Source: an uncultured Acidobacteriaceae bacterium
Lineage (GTDB): Bacteria > Acidobacteriota > Terriglobia > Terriglobales > Acidobacteriaceae
DNA length: 64,000 bases
Reading direction: 5' to 3'
Assembly (NCBI GenBank): GCA_963763975.1
Contig: CAVXQR010000016.1
Coordinates: 240,442 to 304,441 of the forward strand
Shown: piece by piece, positions 14,554 to 24,959 of the stretch
Position numbering within the stretch: position 1 is the first letter of the stretch
Layout: the number at the start of each line of letters is the position of its first letter
Notes under the pieces: model-generated
Told to the model about the DNA's origin: nothing
The model's database searches: none
What the model saw: the letters and a program-made list of their open reading frames with translations, nothing else
Translations under genes and position numbers: made by a program

Positions 14554-15480
14554 ATGTTCTTTGCCCTGCTGACCCGCATTTACGACGCGACTATCAATCC
14601 GCATCCCGCCAAAGAGAGCCTCCGCCAGATGCTCGATGGCTGGCGCGACGACAGCTTCGAGTTCGTGCGCCATCAAGTGCCGCGCATCGTTGGCATCCTC
14701 ATCATCGCCTTCATCCTGACGCGGCTGCTGAAGATTGTGTCGCGCAAACTGAGCAAGCTCAGCGAGAACGACGTCCTGCCCTCGGCGGTGCGCTCGCAGC
14801 AATTGCGCACCCTCTCCAGCGTCATCTACAGCGTTGGCCTGTTCATCATTCTGTTTCTGGCGGCGATGCAGGTCCTGCCGCTGCTGGGCATCAACATGGG
14901 CCCCCTGCTGGCCAGCGCCGGCATTGCGGGCCTTGCTGTGGGCTTCGGCGCGCAAACCCTGGTGCACGACTTCATCAACGGCTTCTTCATCCTGGTGGAG
15001 AACCAGTATGACATCGGAGACACGGTGAAGATCGCCGGCATAACCGGCGTGGTGGAAGCCATCACCCTGCGGCGGACGGTGTTGCGCGATGCCGATGGCG
15101 CCGTGAACACTATCCCCAGCAGCGAGATAAAAATTGTCAGCAACCTGACCCGCGACTGGACGCAACTGGCGCTGCACGTCTCCGTCGCCTATGGCGAGGC
15201 CAGCGACAAGGTGGTTGAGCTGTTGAAGCAGGTCAGCGCCGAGGTCGCTGCCGATCCGCAGTTCGCGAACATGGTGGTGGCTAAGCCCGAGGTGCCGGGT
15301 ATCGAGAAGGTGAGCGGCAGCGAGGTGGATTACCTGGTGCTGATGAAGACCCGCCCGGGCACGCAGGACACGGTGCGCCGCGAGATGCGACGCCGCATCA
15401 AAGCCAGCTTCGAGAAGAACCATATCGAGCCGGGCAATCCCAACCGCTTTTACGTGGTGGAACCGCCCAAGCCCAGTTAA
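14554..15480 (+). CDS. Mechanosensitive ion channel, MscS family
   Basis: TM helices followed by MscS beta-domain motifs (DIGDTVKIAGITGVVEAITLRRTVLRDADGAVNTIPSSEI); start at MFFALLTRIY. Confidence 0.85.
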   Translation: MFFALLTRIYDATINPHPAKESLRQMLDGWRDDSFEFVRHQVPRIVGILIIAFILTRLLKIVSRKLSKLSENDVLPSAVRSQQLRTLSSVIYSVGLFIILFLAAMQVLPLLGINMGPLLASAGIAGLAVGFGAQTLVHDFINGFFILVENQYDIGDTVKIAGITGVVEAITLRRTVLRDADGAVNTIPSSEIKIVSNLTRDWTQLALHVSVAYGEASDKVVELLKQVSAEVAADPQFANMVVAKPEVPGIEKVSGSEVDYLVLMKTRPGTQDTVRREMRRRIKASFEKNHIEPGNPNRFYVVEPPKPS

Positions 15481-15483
15481 GCC

Positions 15484-16359
15484 TTAGCTGCGGTTCTGAT
15501 TCAGACCGGCCCACTTTTCCAGCAGGCCGATGGTGGCGGCGTAATCCTGATCGCCCCAGCCTTCTTCGGCGGCCAGATCGTAAATTTCTTCCACGGTCTC
15601 CAGCGCCGGCAGCTTAACTCTATTCTCCTTAGCCATTTCCAGAAGAATGTGAATGTCTTTGTGCATCAGGCGCATGGGGAAGTTGGGTGTGTAATCGCGG
15701 CGCAGCACGAACGGCGCTTTGTAGTCGGTCACGCCCGAGCGCACCATGGAAGCCTGGATCAGTTCGATCAGTTTGTGGGGATCCACGCCCATCTTGGACG
15801 CCAGGGTATAAGCCTCAGCAAATCCTTCATAAATGAGCGCTATCATCAAGTTCATGCAGATCTTAGCGCTCTGCCCTTTGCCGGTCTCGCCGACGTGAAT
15901 TACCTGCTTGCCCATGGCCTTGAACAGGGGCTGAAGATACTCGACCGCCTCGGTGGCGCCGCCCACGATGAAGATGAGCTGGGCGTTCTCCGCGCCGATT
16001 TTGGAACCTGTTACAGGAGCGTCCACCCAGTGCACCCCTTTTTCCGCCATGCGCTGGGCGAAGCGGACGGTGGCCTTGGGTGAGATGGTGCTGGAATCCA
16101 CGATGATCATGCCTTCGTGGAGCGACTGTTCCACGCCGTCCTCGCCGAACATGACCCGCTCCACCGCGGCGGTATCGGCCACGCAGCTCCACACTACCTC
16201 GGCCTCACGCGCGGCGTCGGCCGGAGAGACGGCAGTACGTGCGCCCTCCACCGGCTTGCGCGCCGTGCGGTTCCATACGGAAACTTCATGTCCTGCTTTA
16301 ACCAGGTTGGCGGCCATCGGCCGGCCCATGATGCCCAGCCCTAGAAAGGCGATTCGCAT
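15484..16359 (-). CDS. NAD(P)-dependent 3-hydroxyisobutyrate dehydrogenase / 2-hydroxy-3-oxopropionate reductase family oxidoreductase
   Basis: MRIAFLGLGIMGRPMAANL Rossmann N-terminus; 291 aa typical of MmsB/GarR family. Confidence 0.85.
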   Translation of the reverse strand: MRIAFLGLGIMGRPMAANLVKAGHEVSVWNRTARKPVEGARTAVSPADAAREAEVVWSCVADTAAVERVMFGEDGVEQSLHEGMIIVDSSTISPKATVRFAQRMAEKGVHWVDAPVTGSKIGAENAQLIFIVGGATEAVEYLQPLFKAMGKQVIHVGETGKGQSAKICMNLMIALIYEGFAEAYTLASKMGVDPHKLIELIQASMVRSGVTDYKAPFVLRRDYTPNFPMRLMHKDIHILLEMAKENRVKLPALETVEEIYDLAAEEGWGDQDYAATIGLLEKWAGLNQNRS

Positions 16360-16636
16360 CCACTCTCTCCTTCAACTGTTGGTCGTGAAGATCGCCCGCG
16401 AAGGCGATCAGATGCAGTCTCGGGTTGACGACACGCGCAGCAATGAGGGCCGCGGCGCATTCGGCCCGATAGTTCATTTAAGCTGACCGCGCAACTAAGG
16501 TCAAGGAATAGCGCGGCAAAGATTCGGTTCCACCGATTCAACCTGGGACGTGACACCATAAGGCGAGGGCCGGTGCAGCATCGCCGAGCCGGCTCTGGTA
16601 GCTTCCCCGCAGTCGCAAGGCCGCGCCAGTGCGCTA

Positions 16637-18939
16637 CTAGGGCGCAAAGTAGCTGGAGATATCCAGGATCAATTGCGTCGTGCCCGAGGCGTAGGCGTCA
16701 ACCTTGCCATTGCTGGAGGGAACGATGGCCATGTTGGAGGTGATCGCGCCGTCCAACGCATTCAGCGTCGATACCAGCGGCTGATTGTCGCCATCCGGCC
16801 ACAGCGTCAGATATCCCAAGGCTCCCTGCGGCACCACCGTCGCGTTGAAGACGTAGGCCTGCGCGGTACCTGGTATGCCGCACGGGCTGCCGACGACATC
16901 CACCGGCGGATTCAGTTCCCCGTTAAACGGCTGACCACCGCCAACCTTGCGCGTATCGAGCACGCGACACGGTGCTCCGGTATAAAGCGATAGTCCGCCG
17001 GCACCGGCCGGCGCGAAATAGCCGTTAATATCGCCGACCAGGTTGGTATCGTTGCTGGGATAGACAGAGATATTCCCGCCGGCGCCGGTGGGCACAATCG
17101 CCGCGTTGGCCACGATCGTTCCCGTCAAATCGTTCAAGGTTGATGCCAGCGGTTGCGACTGTCCTGTCGGCCACACCGTCAGGTATCCCAACGGTCCGCC
17201 ATTCAGCGGAACAGCGGTGAAATTCAGCGAGTAGGCCTGCGCGCTGGAAGGAATGTTGCACGCCGTGGCTTCCAGTATCGGGATCTGACGCTCCATTTGG
17301 CTTGCAGGTAAGGACCGCCCAGATCTCCGTCGGCCTTGCGCGTATCGAATACGCGACACGGCGTCAGCGGATAAAACGCTAGGGTCGAGCCGCCGACCGG
17401 CGCGAAATAGCCATTGATGTCGAGGATCACGTCGGTAGTGTCTGACGCGTACACGTCAATTGCACCGTTGAAGCCATCGGTAACCACTGCCGCGTTAGCC
17501 TTGATTCTCCCGTCGAGAGAGTTCAGCGTTGAAACCGCAGGCTGGTGCTGAGCATCGGGCCAGAGGGTGAGGTACCCAAGTGGACCGTGAGGAACCACGG
17601 TAACATTCAGCGAAAAATTGGTGACGCCCTGAGGTATGTCGCACCCTCCACGCCAGAGGTAGAAGGGACGGTACGTACCTCCCTGAATCGGCGGTCCTCC
17701 GAAATCTCCATCCGGGTTGCGTGTATCCACGACACGACACGGCGTAAGTGGCACGAATTGCTGCGGAGAGTCGCCGGCTATAACAGAGACGGTATTGTCC
17801 GCATAATTCCCGACATAGATTCTGTTGGTCTCCGAATTCACGGCGACGTGATATGGCTGCGTACCAACCGCAACCCCATTCGTGTCATTCAACTCGTCAA
17901 TAGTGCTAACGCTACCCGGCTCCTGGCATTGGTCGTACCAACCGCAGGTATTAGCGACGAAGAGCTTATTGGTAGCCGTGTCGAGCCCGGCGAACGGTGG
18001 ATTTCGACCGACTTGCACAGTCGCCGTGTTATTCGTGGCACCGTCGATTACCGTCACTGTTCCAGATTGACAGCTGTAATCAACCCCGCAAAGGTTCATC
18101 ACGTAGACTCTATTCAGCCTGGAATTAACCACAGCCGAATAGGGAGAGTTGCCGGCGGTTACGGTTGTCGTATTGTTTGTAACTCCATCAATCACCGTCA
18201 CCGTGCCCTGGCTATAACAAAGGGGCGATGCGCAAGATGCATTCACCGCGTAAACCTTATTGGTGACGGAATTGACCTCGACGTCATATGTGTAGCTTCC
18301 GACGTTTACAGATGCAGTGCTGTTGTCTGCGCCGTCGATAACCGTAACTGCCCACGGACTGGCGCAGGTTGGATCGCTGCCGCACGTGGTTACATAAATC
18401 TTGTTCGTAACCGGATTGAGCGCAACTGCGTACGGGTGTCGCCCCACGGTAATTGGAGAAGGCTGATTGGTGGCACCGTCAATGACGGTCACGATGCCGG
18501 CGGAGCTGCAGCCTGAGCTGCTCGCGCAATTATTCGCGAGGTAGATTTTGTTAGTCGCGGGATTGATCGCTATAGCCTGCGGGTTGACTCCTACATTGAC
18601 AGTTGCCGTGTCGTTCGTCCATCCATCGATCACCGTAACCGTGTTCGAGCCATAATTCGCGACATAAATCTTGTTTGTCGTGGAGTTAACCGCGACCGCT
18701 TGAGGATTCGTACCGACGCCGACTGTCGTCGGGTTGTTCGTGGCGCCATCAATGACCGTTACGGTGTTGGAACCGTAATTGGCCACGTAGATCTGGTTGG
18801 TAACGGCGTTGGCTGCGATCGCGTAGGGACTGGTTCCGGTAGGCACCGTCGCGATCACATACTGAGCGACGCAAAACCTGGTGCTGGCCGCCAGGCCGAA
18901 CAGCAAAAGGGCTTTGCAGGCGCGAAGTGGGCGGGTCAT
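16637..18939 (-). CDS. Secreted YVTN-type beta-propeller repeat protein with three C-terminal ~110-aa repeat domains; split by a 1-nt indel near 17295
   Basis: Signal peptide; repeated YVANYGSNTVTVIDGATN units (YVTN family); C-terminal repeats FxPLTPCRVxDTR...LGYLTLWPDG...ILDIxGYFAP x3; ORFs 17224..18939 and 16637..17359 overlap in different frames at a TTT/AAA run. Confidence 0.6.
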
Positions 18940-19182
18940 TGACTACTCCTGCGGGTTGCGTTGTTGCCGTCCGCTTTTTCGGAATGACGGCCTGCCTACC
19001 AGCGCTTCGCAGAACGACGCAATCTGAGACGAAGCATAGCATCGGAGCTGCGTCGAGCAAACGTTTTTCGGTCTTCACAAGTGCCCGCCAATTACCACGG
19101 GGCAGAGTCCGGGACCGCAATGTCAAATCCTCGCCCCCGCCGTGATTTAATAGAGCCATTCATTCCCGGTCGGTGACCTGTA

Positions 19183-20013
19183 GTGCCGTCTCCCAAAAAG
19201 AAGCCGAAGCCCGCCAAGAAGAGAAAGCGCACGCTGCTGCGGCAGAAGCCCGGCGAGAAGCCGGTGTCGCAGGCCACGCTGAAGCTGCGCCTGCTGAAGC
19301 GGCTGAAGTGTACGCTGAAGTACGAGAAGCTGGCCTGGGCCACGGGCGCGCAACTGGTGGCCGGCGTGGACGAAGTCGGCCGCGGTTCCCTGTTCGGCCC
19401 AGTCGTCGCCGGCGCGGTGATTCTCGATCCCAACTACCGCATCAAGGGCCTGCGCGATTCCAAGCTGCTCGATCGCGAGACCCGCGAGAAGCTGGCCGTC
19501 CGCATTCGCCAGCACTGCATCGCCTGGGCGGTCGCGGCGGTGGACGTCGCCACCATTGACCAGATCAATATCTACTGGGCCTCGAAGCGCGCCATGGAAG
19601 AAGCGGTATCGAAGCTGACCGCCGCGCCCGATCATCTGCTGATTGACGCCTTGCGGCTGACCTGCGAGTGCGCTCAAACGCCGATCATCCACGGCGACGC
19701 GCTGTCGGCGTCCATCGCGGCGGCGTCCATCATCGCCAAGGTGGAGCGGGACGCCATGGTCAGCGCTTGGGACCCGGTCTTTCCCGAGTACCGGCTGGCG
19801 TCGAACAAGGGCTACAGCACGCCGCACCATCTGAAGGTGCTGCGCGAAAAAGGCCCGACACCACTGCATCGGCTGTCGTTCGCGCCGGTGTGGACTTCAT
19901 CGGCGCCGCAGGAGGTACTGGAGTTCATGCTGGAGGAGCAGGCGCCGGCCGCGGACGAAGGTGCGGTTGCTGAAGCCGCGGAAGTTGCAACTGAAGTTGA
20001 CGCCGAGGTGTAA
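19183..20013 (+). CDS. rnhB: Ribonuclease HII with Lys-rich N-terminal and acidic C-terminal extensions
   Basis: AGVDEVGRGSLFGPVVAGAVIL, IIHGDA, SIAAASIIAK, NKGY motifs; N-terminal PKKKPKPAKKRKR tail. Confidence 0.85.
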   Translation: MPSPKKKPKPAKKRKRTLLRQKPGEKPVSQATLKLRLLKRLKCTLKYEKLAWATGAQLVAGVDEVGRGSLFGPVVAGAVILDPNYRIKGLRDSKLLDRETREKLAVRIRQHCIAWAVAAVDVATIDQINIYWASKRAMEEAVSKLTAAPDHLLIDALRLTCECAQTPIIHGDALSASIAAASIIAKVERDAMVSAWDPVFPEYRLASNKGYSTPHHLKVLREKGPTPLHRLSFAPVWTSSAPQEVLEFMLEEQAPAADEGAVAEAAEVATEVDAEV

Positions 20014-20280
20014 GCCATCACCGCCGCGGCGCGACTGGTCACAAACTGTGCGCAGCACGCTTGTTCCCTGCCGCATTGGCGACGTAGAATCGCGAAAGCT
20101 TTACGGCTCTCCTCCTCCACGCCACGGGAGACCGGCGATCAGGCACATCCCGCGTCCATCCTCGCTCGAACAGGTTAACCCGGGTCACTTACTGCGCTGC
20201 ACTCGCCTCACTGAGGGCTGCACCTTGCACGACAGTTCAGCACGACAAATCATGATCCCTATTGAGGAGATGTCACATAC

Positions 20281-21507
20281 ATGAAGCATGTTCAGAATCG
20301 CTGCCGAAAATTACTAATCGCTTCGGCAATTTTCCTGCTTGGACTCGCTGCCTTCGCCCTAGCGGCTTCGGCGCAAACCTACACCGTCATTCATAACTTC
20401 ACCGGCGCGCAGGATGGCGGCTCGCCGCCTTATGGCCTGGCGGTGGATCGCTCGGGCAATTACTACGGCACCGCCGCTCTGGGCGGACAGAACGGCAACG
20501 GCATTGTGTACAAGCTGAGCAAGAGCGGCTCGCATTGGCTGCTGAACCCCGTTTACAACTTCGCCGACCAGGACGGCGAGCCCAACGCCGGGGTGACGAT
20601 CGCGGCGGATGGCAGCATCTATGTCGGCGCTGGATATAACTCGGTAATGGGCGGCCCCTGCGGCAGCGCGCTGCATCTCCAGCCCTCGGCATCGCGTCCG
20701 GTTTCCATCCTCTCCAACTGGCACGAGACGCTGATGCACACCTTCCGCAAGAGCCAGGACGGCTGCAACTCCGGCAACCTGCTGCTCGACGCCCAGGGCA
20801 ATGTGTATGGCACGACGCAGATCGGCGGCGCCGACGGCGGCGGCTCAGTCTATGAGCTCTCGCGTAACGGCGATAGCTGGACCGAGACCATCCTCTGGAC
20901 CTTCACCGGCGGCAACGATGGCGCGACGCCCTACGATGGGCTGGTCGCCGACAGCGCCGGCAATCTCTACGGCACCGCCTACAACCGCGGCCAGTACAAC
21001 TGGGGCGTGGTGTTTGAGCTGACGCCTTCGGGCTCGGGATGGACCGAGACCACGCTGTATAGCTTCAAGGGCGGCAGCGACGGCGCCTATCCCGCGGCTG
21101 GGGTGATCTTCGACAGCGCCGGCAATCTGTATGGCGCGACCACCGAGCGCGGCGCCAATGGCGGCGGCACGGTGTTCGAACTCAGCCCCTCGGGCGGCTC
21201 GTGGAACATCAATGTGCTGACCAGCCTTACCGGCGCCGATGGCCCGGTGGCGTCGCTCACCATGGACCCGAGCGGCAACCTCTACGGCACGACCTTCATG
21301 GATGACTCCTACGGTTACGGCTCGGTGTTCAAGCTGACCAAGTCGGGCGGATCGTGGACCTATAGCGACCTGCACGACTTCACCGGCGGCACCGATGGCG
21401 GCTATCCCGGCGGAAGCGTGAGCGTCGAATCCAACGGCAACATCCTGGGCACCGCGGTGCTGGGCGGAGCCAGCGGCAATGGCGTGATCTTCGAAGTCAC
21501 GCCCTAA
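20281..21507 (+). CDS. Secreted GloVer (Gloeo_Verruco) tandem-repeat beta-propeller-like protein
   Basis: Signal peptide; ~8 repeats of GxxDGxxPxxGLxxDxxGNLYGTTxxGGxxGxGxVFxLxxxGxxWTExxL. Confidence 0.6.
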   Translation: MKHVQNRCRKLLIASAIFLLGLAAFALAASAQTYTVIHNFTGAQDGGSPPYGLAVDRSGNYYGTAALGGQNGNGIVYKLSKSGSHWLLNPVYNFADQDGEPNAGVTIAADGSIYVGAGYNSVMGGPCGSALHLQPSASRPVSILSNWHETLMHTFRKSQDGCNSGNLLLDAQGNVYGTTQIGGADGGGSVYELSRNGDSWTETILWTFTGGNDGATPYDGLVADSAGNLYGTAYNRGQYNWGVVFELTPSGSGWTETTLYSFKGGSDGAYPAAGVIFDSAGNLYGATTERGANGGGTVFELSPSGGSWNINVLTSLTGADGPVASLTMDPSGNLYGTTFMDDSYGYGSVFKLTKSGGSWTYSDLHDFTGGTDGGYPGGSVSVESNGNILGTAVLGGASGNGVIFEVTP

Positions 21508-21816
21508 GCCGGAAGAGGAACGGCGCGGGAGCGGGCTCGAAAGGCCTGCTCCCGCGGCTTGGAACTTGGACTTCGACAGGCCGCAAACACCAAATAAAAA
21601 GGCGTGCATCGCATGATTAGAATCAACAGCTTAGCGCGCAATTTGGCTGCATCTGCTGATTCTGCAGGGTTTAAGGGTTAAGTCCTGATTCCATTGAAGT
21701 TAACCCTTGAATTTGAGGGGTGTGGAGGCATGCCTCTTTGCCTCTTTGCGTTTTTGCCAGTTTGTTGACATGTCACCAATACAGCAACTTCTCCTCGACG
21801 GGGGTCCAGGGAACGT

Positions 21817-22911
21817 TTATTTCTGTGGCGGGTGCATAGCGAATTTCTGCAGCTCGGGACATCCGCACTTCTGGCGTTTGTCCACCACCGAGCACGCCTG
21901 CCCGTAAATCAGCGACAGCTTGCCCTTGCGCAGCACGTAGTACTCGACCCCAATTCTGCTGACCGGATCGTCCTCATAGGCCACACCATCATCCGCCGGG
22001 TTGGCGATGAAGAGGCCGCTGTCCACCTGGTAGCTGGCGCCGCGATCGGTTGCCTCACGGGAGAAAGGGTCGAAGACAGCGCCGGTGCGCGCGTCAATGA
22101 GCATATGCGACTGGCAGTTGCTGCCGCAGCCCCACTCGGCAACGATGTAATGTCCGGCGAAGTCGGGACGTCCCTTGGCTGCCGCCGTCAGACGCGTGCG
22201 ATACTCGCGCGCTTCAGGATTGCTGCGAAAATCCGGCGGCACCGACGCGCCGCTGTAGATCTGGGTCACCGGGAAATCGCTGAACTCGGGCGGACGCTCC
22301 CTCTGCCAGTCGTGCGGGCCGAGTCGCGCGCCGTGGTCCAGAAGCTCGCGCACCATGTCTTCATGGCAGCCCCACACCGCCATCGTCAGCGCAGTGTTGC
22401 CGTCGTTGTTCTCGGCGGAGATGGCGGCGCCGGCTTTCAGCAACGCCTGCGCGATGACAACGTCGCCGCGAGAGGAGGCGTACATCAGGGCGGTGCCACC
22501 GGAGGCATCAGTGAGATTCACGTCGGCGCCGGCATCGATTAGCAGGCTCACGATTGCATGGTGGCCCAACTGGGCCGCCCACATCAAAGGGCTGCGGCTG
22601 CCAGGCTTGGGGTTGATGCGGGCGCCGGCGTGAAGCAACGTCTCGACCGCCTCTAAGTGGCCACCCATCACCGCTGCATCAAGCGGCGTTCCATCCCCCC
22701 AGCCCAGCGCATTAGCATCGGCTCCCTTCCGAAGCTGGTACATCACGCTGGCAACGTCGCCCTGGCGCGCTGACGTCATTAACTCCGACTGCCTGTTCTT
22801 GAATTCTTTCTCTGCTGCTTGGGATGGGGTTTGTGCGGCAACAAAGACGACTGACAGCGTCACCAGTGCCAGCGGAGCAATGCACAACAGAAGCTGTCGC
22901 GAGAGTCGCAT
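21817..22911 (-). CDS. Secreted ankyrin-repeat protein with Cys-containing C-terminal domain of unknown function
   Basis: Internal start MRLSRQLLLCIAPLALVTLSVVFVAAQ; ANK repeats (GxTPLxxAxxxGHxxxVxxLLxxGA); ~170-aa C-terminal domain unassigned. Confidence 0.7.
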   Translation of the reverse strand: MRLSRQLLLCIAPLALVTLSVVFVAAQTPSQAAEKEFKNRQSELMTSARQGDVASVMYQLRKGADANALGWGDGTPLDAAVMGGHLEAVETLLHAGARINPKPGSRSPLMWAAQLGHHAIVSLLIDAGADVNLTDASGGTALMYASSRGDVVIAQALLKAGAAISAENNDGNTALTMAVWGCHEDMVRELLDHGARLGPHDWQRERPPEFSDFPVTQIYSGASVPPDFRSNPEAREYRTRLTAAAKGRPDFAGHYIVAEWGCGSNCQSHMLIDARTGAVFDPFSREATDRGASYQVDSGLFIANPADDGVAYEDDPVSRIGVEYYVLRKGKLSLIYGQACSVVDKRQKCGCPELQKFAMHPPQK

Positions 22912-23097
22912 GGCCAGGACTTCGGTCGAACAATCTGAGTTTAGTAGCCAGCAAGAAACTGCGATAGGGCAATCAGCAGGCGGCACGAATAAGTATTACA
23001 GCGGCAACTCCGCGGAAGTAACTTCGAATCGCAACCTGGCTAATCGCAGCGCGGCGACATTGGTTCCCACTGTCAAAGATGTGCAGTTTAACGTCTG

Positions 23098-23625
23098 CTA
23101 TTTGGTTGCAGGGTTTTGTGAAGTCAGCGTGGCCGGCGCCTTGCCCAGACCGGCGCTCATCAGGAAGTTGCCGGTGCGCGCGTCGAAGACCTCGGCGGCC
23201 ACCGGATAGTGGATCACCCGCCGGTCGGGCATGGGAATGGCGAAGTCGCCGGTCTCGATCACGACGCACACCGCACGGTCAGGCTCCGTCTCGGTGGGCT
23301 CGTTGTCAAGCATCTGGCTGGCCTGGTCGGCGCGCAGGAAGCTCACCGACTGCACCGCATCAAGACGGCTCAACTTGGCCAGCGATCCCGGCAGCCCATG
23401 CGACTGCACGTACGCGCGAACATCGTTCTGAGAAAATGCCGGCGTCGAACCTGGGGTCTTGACCGGCACGGCGGGAATGCCGGCGATGGGCGTCGGTTTG
23501 GCGCCCTGGAAATGTTGCAGGCTGGTTCGCTTCGGGTAGAAGAAATTTGTCGGACCGCGTTCGCAACCGCACCACAGGCCGACAAGAAGAAGCACGCCGC
23601 TGAGCCAGAGCGCACGAAGTCTCAT
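23098..23625 (-). CDS. Hypothetical secreted protein or lipoprotein
   Basis: Internal start MRLRALWLSGVLLLVGLWCGCERG; 4-nt ATGA overlap with upstream gene. Confidence 0.4.
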   Translation of the reverse strand: MRLRALWLSGVLLLVGLWCGCERGPTNFFYPKRTSLQHFQGAKPTPIAGIPAVPVKTPGSTPAFSQNDVRAYVQSHGLPGSLAKLSRLDAVQSVSFLRADQASQMLDNEPTETEPDRAVCVVIETGDFAIPMPDRRVIHYPVAAEVFDARTGNFLMSAGLGKAPATLTSQNPATK

Positions 23626-24413
23626 TGGCAGCACCGGGTGATGAAAGTTCCACCGGCGCCGGCGCTGGGCGAAAGTTGCCAGTAGCCAATGGGCGGCGAG
23701 TCGCTCTCGATGTTGCCGTCGGTCGTAACTTCCACGTTGTCCCACACTGTGGTACTGGTGCCGACGGCGGTGGCGTCGAAGTCCACGATGGGTGCGCTCG
23801 CGCCCGAGGTGCCGTAAAGCTCCTGACCAATCTGCACCCGGGTGGGAGGATTCATCGCGTTGTTCGTGGTCGCGATGTATTGATTGGCTGCCGTGGTCGC
23901 CGCGATGATCCAGCCGTCGCCGCTGACCGGCCGCGCGTCGCGGGTCATCACGTAGTCAACATGGTTGTTCAGTTCGTTGCCCGAGGGCGTGGCCAGCGGA
24001 TGAAAGAAGAAGCCGCCGCTGTTGCCACTGGAGGCGGGACGGTTCTCCGCCCAGAACAGATGCGTGGCGTCATCGCTGAACCATGCCGGGCCGGCGAGCG
24101 CTCCCATCTCCAGCCAGCACATGCCGTAGTTGCTGCAATTGGCGTTGCCGGAATCCACCATCCACATCTCGTCGTCCACAAAGCCGTCGCCGCCATTCAT
24201 GGGCATCAGCTTCACCGTGGCTTCCAGCGAAACCGCCGCCGGCCTCAGATTTTCCCAGTCCACGCGCCCGTAGCAGTGCGGGCTGCTGCAGTTGTAATTG
24301 CTTTTGCACGAGGTAAGCAGCGGAACCGCCGCGGCGAGAAGCAACATGGCCAGCGCGCGTTGCGGGCGCCGCCACAGCACGCCCCGCAGAAGTGAGGATA
24401 TGAATATCGCCAT
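23622..24413 (-). CDS. Hypothetical lipoprotein
   Basis: Internal start MAIFISSLL...LLAAAVPLLTSCKS (lipobox LTSC); Cys-rich; translationally coupled to 23098..23625. Confidence 0.4.
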   Translation of the reverse strand: MAIFISSLLRGVLWRRPQRALAMLLLAAAVPLLTSCKSNYNCSSPHCYGRVDWENLRPAAVSLEATVKLMPMNGGDGFVDDEMWMVDSGNANCSNYGMCWLEMGALAGPAWFSDDATHLFWAENRPASSGNSGGFFFHPLATPSGNELNNHVDYVMTRDARPVSGDGWIIAATTAANQYIATTNNAMNPPTRVQIGQELYGTSGASAPIVDFDATAVGTSTTVWDNVEVTTDGNIESDSPPIGYWQLSPSAGAGGTFITRCCQ

Positions 24414-24926
24414 GGGTTCGGGCGCAGACATCGGACGCACAGGTTTGCCTGGGTGCAAGCGATAATCGTCCGTCGTAAAAGGGTTTGTCAAGGGCGGCGC
24501 GCATTGCCCGCAAATGAGGAGTGCTTCAACCAGAGGCGAGTGTCGCCTGGCGGGGCGGCGCCTGCGCATTTCCACTCCGCTCAAACGCATACCGGCGCAT
24601 CAGCAGAAAGTAGAGGGCAATGGCTGAAATCACCACCGTGGAAATCAGGCCCACCACCGTACCGAACATGTACTCTCGCGGTGCGCGGAGAGCATGAAGC
24701 GACGCTGAGATCCGCGGCGAGTTTAGAAACCGCAGGTCCCTCGGCTCCGCTTCGCTGCGCTCGGGATGACAAGTCGTAAAGGTGTAGTCGCTGCGCTCGG
24801 GATGACAGGATTTAAAGTTGCGCTGCGCTCGGGATAACAGATCGTTAGGTTGTACCCGCTGCGCTCGAGAGGAAAGTTCGTACAGTGAGCACTCGGGATG
24901 AAGAGGCCTGCAGTGGGTCGCTCGAA

Positions 24927-24957
24927 CTATCCACTATCCACTACCCACTATCCACTG
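24927..24957. repeat. 7-nt array (TATCCAC-type) abutting the ffh stop
   Basis: ctatcca ctatcca ctaccca ctatcca ctgccc. Confidence 0.75.
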
Positions 24958-24959
24958 CC

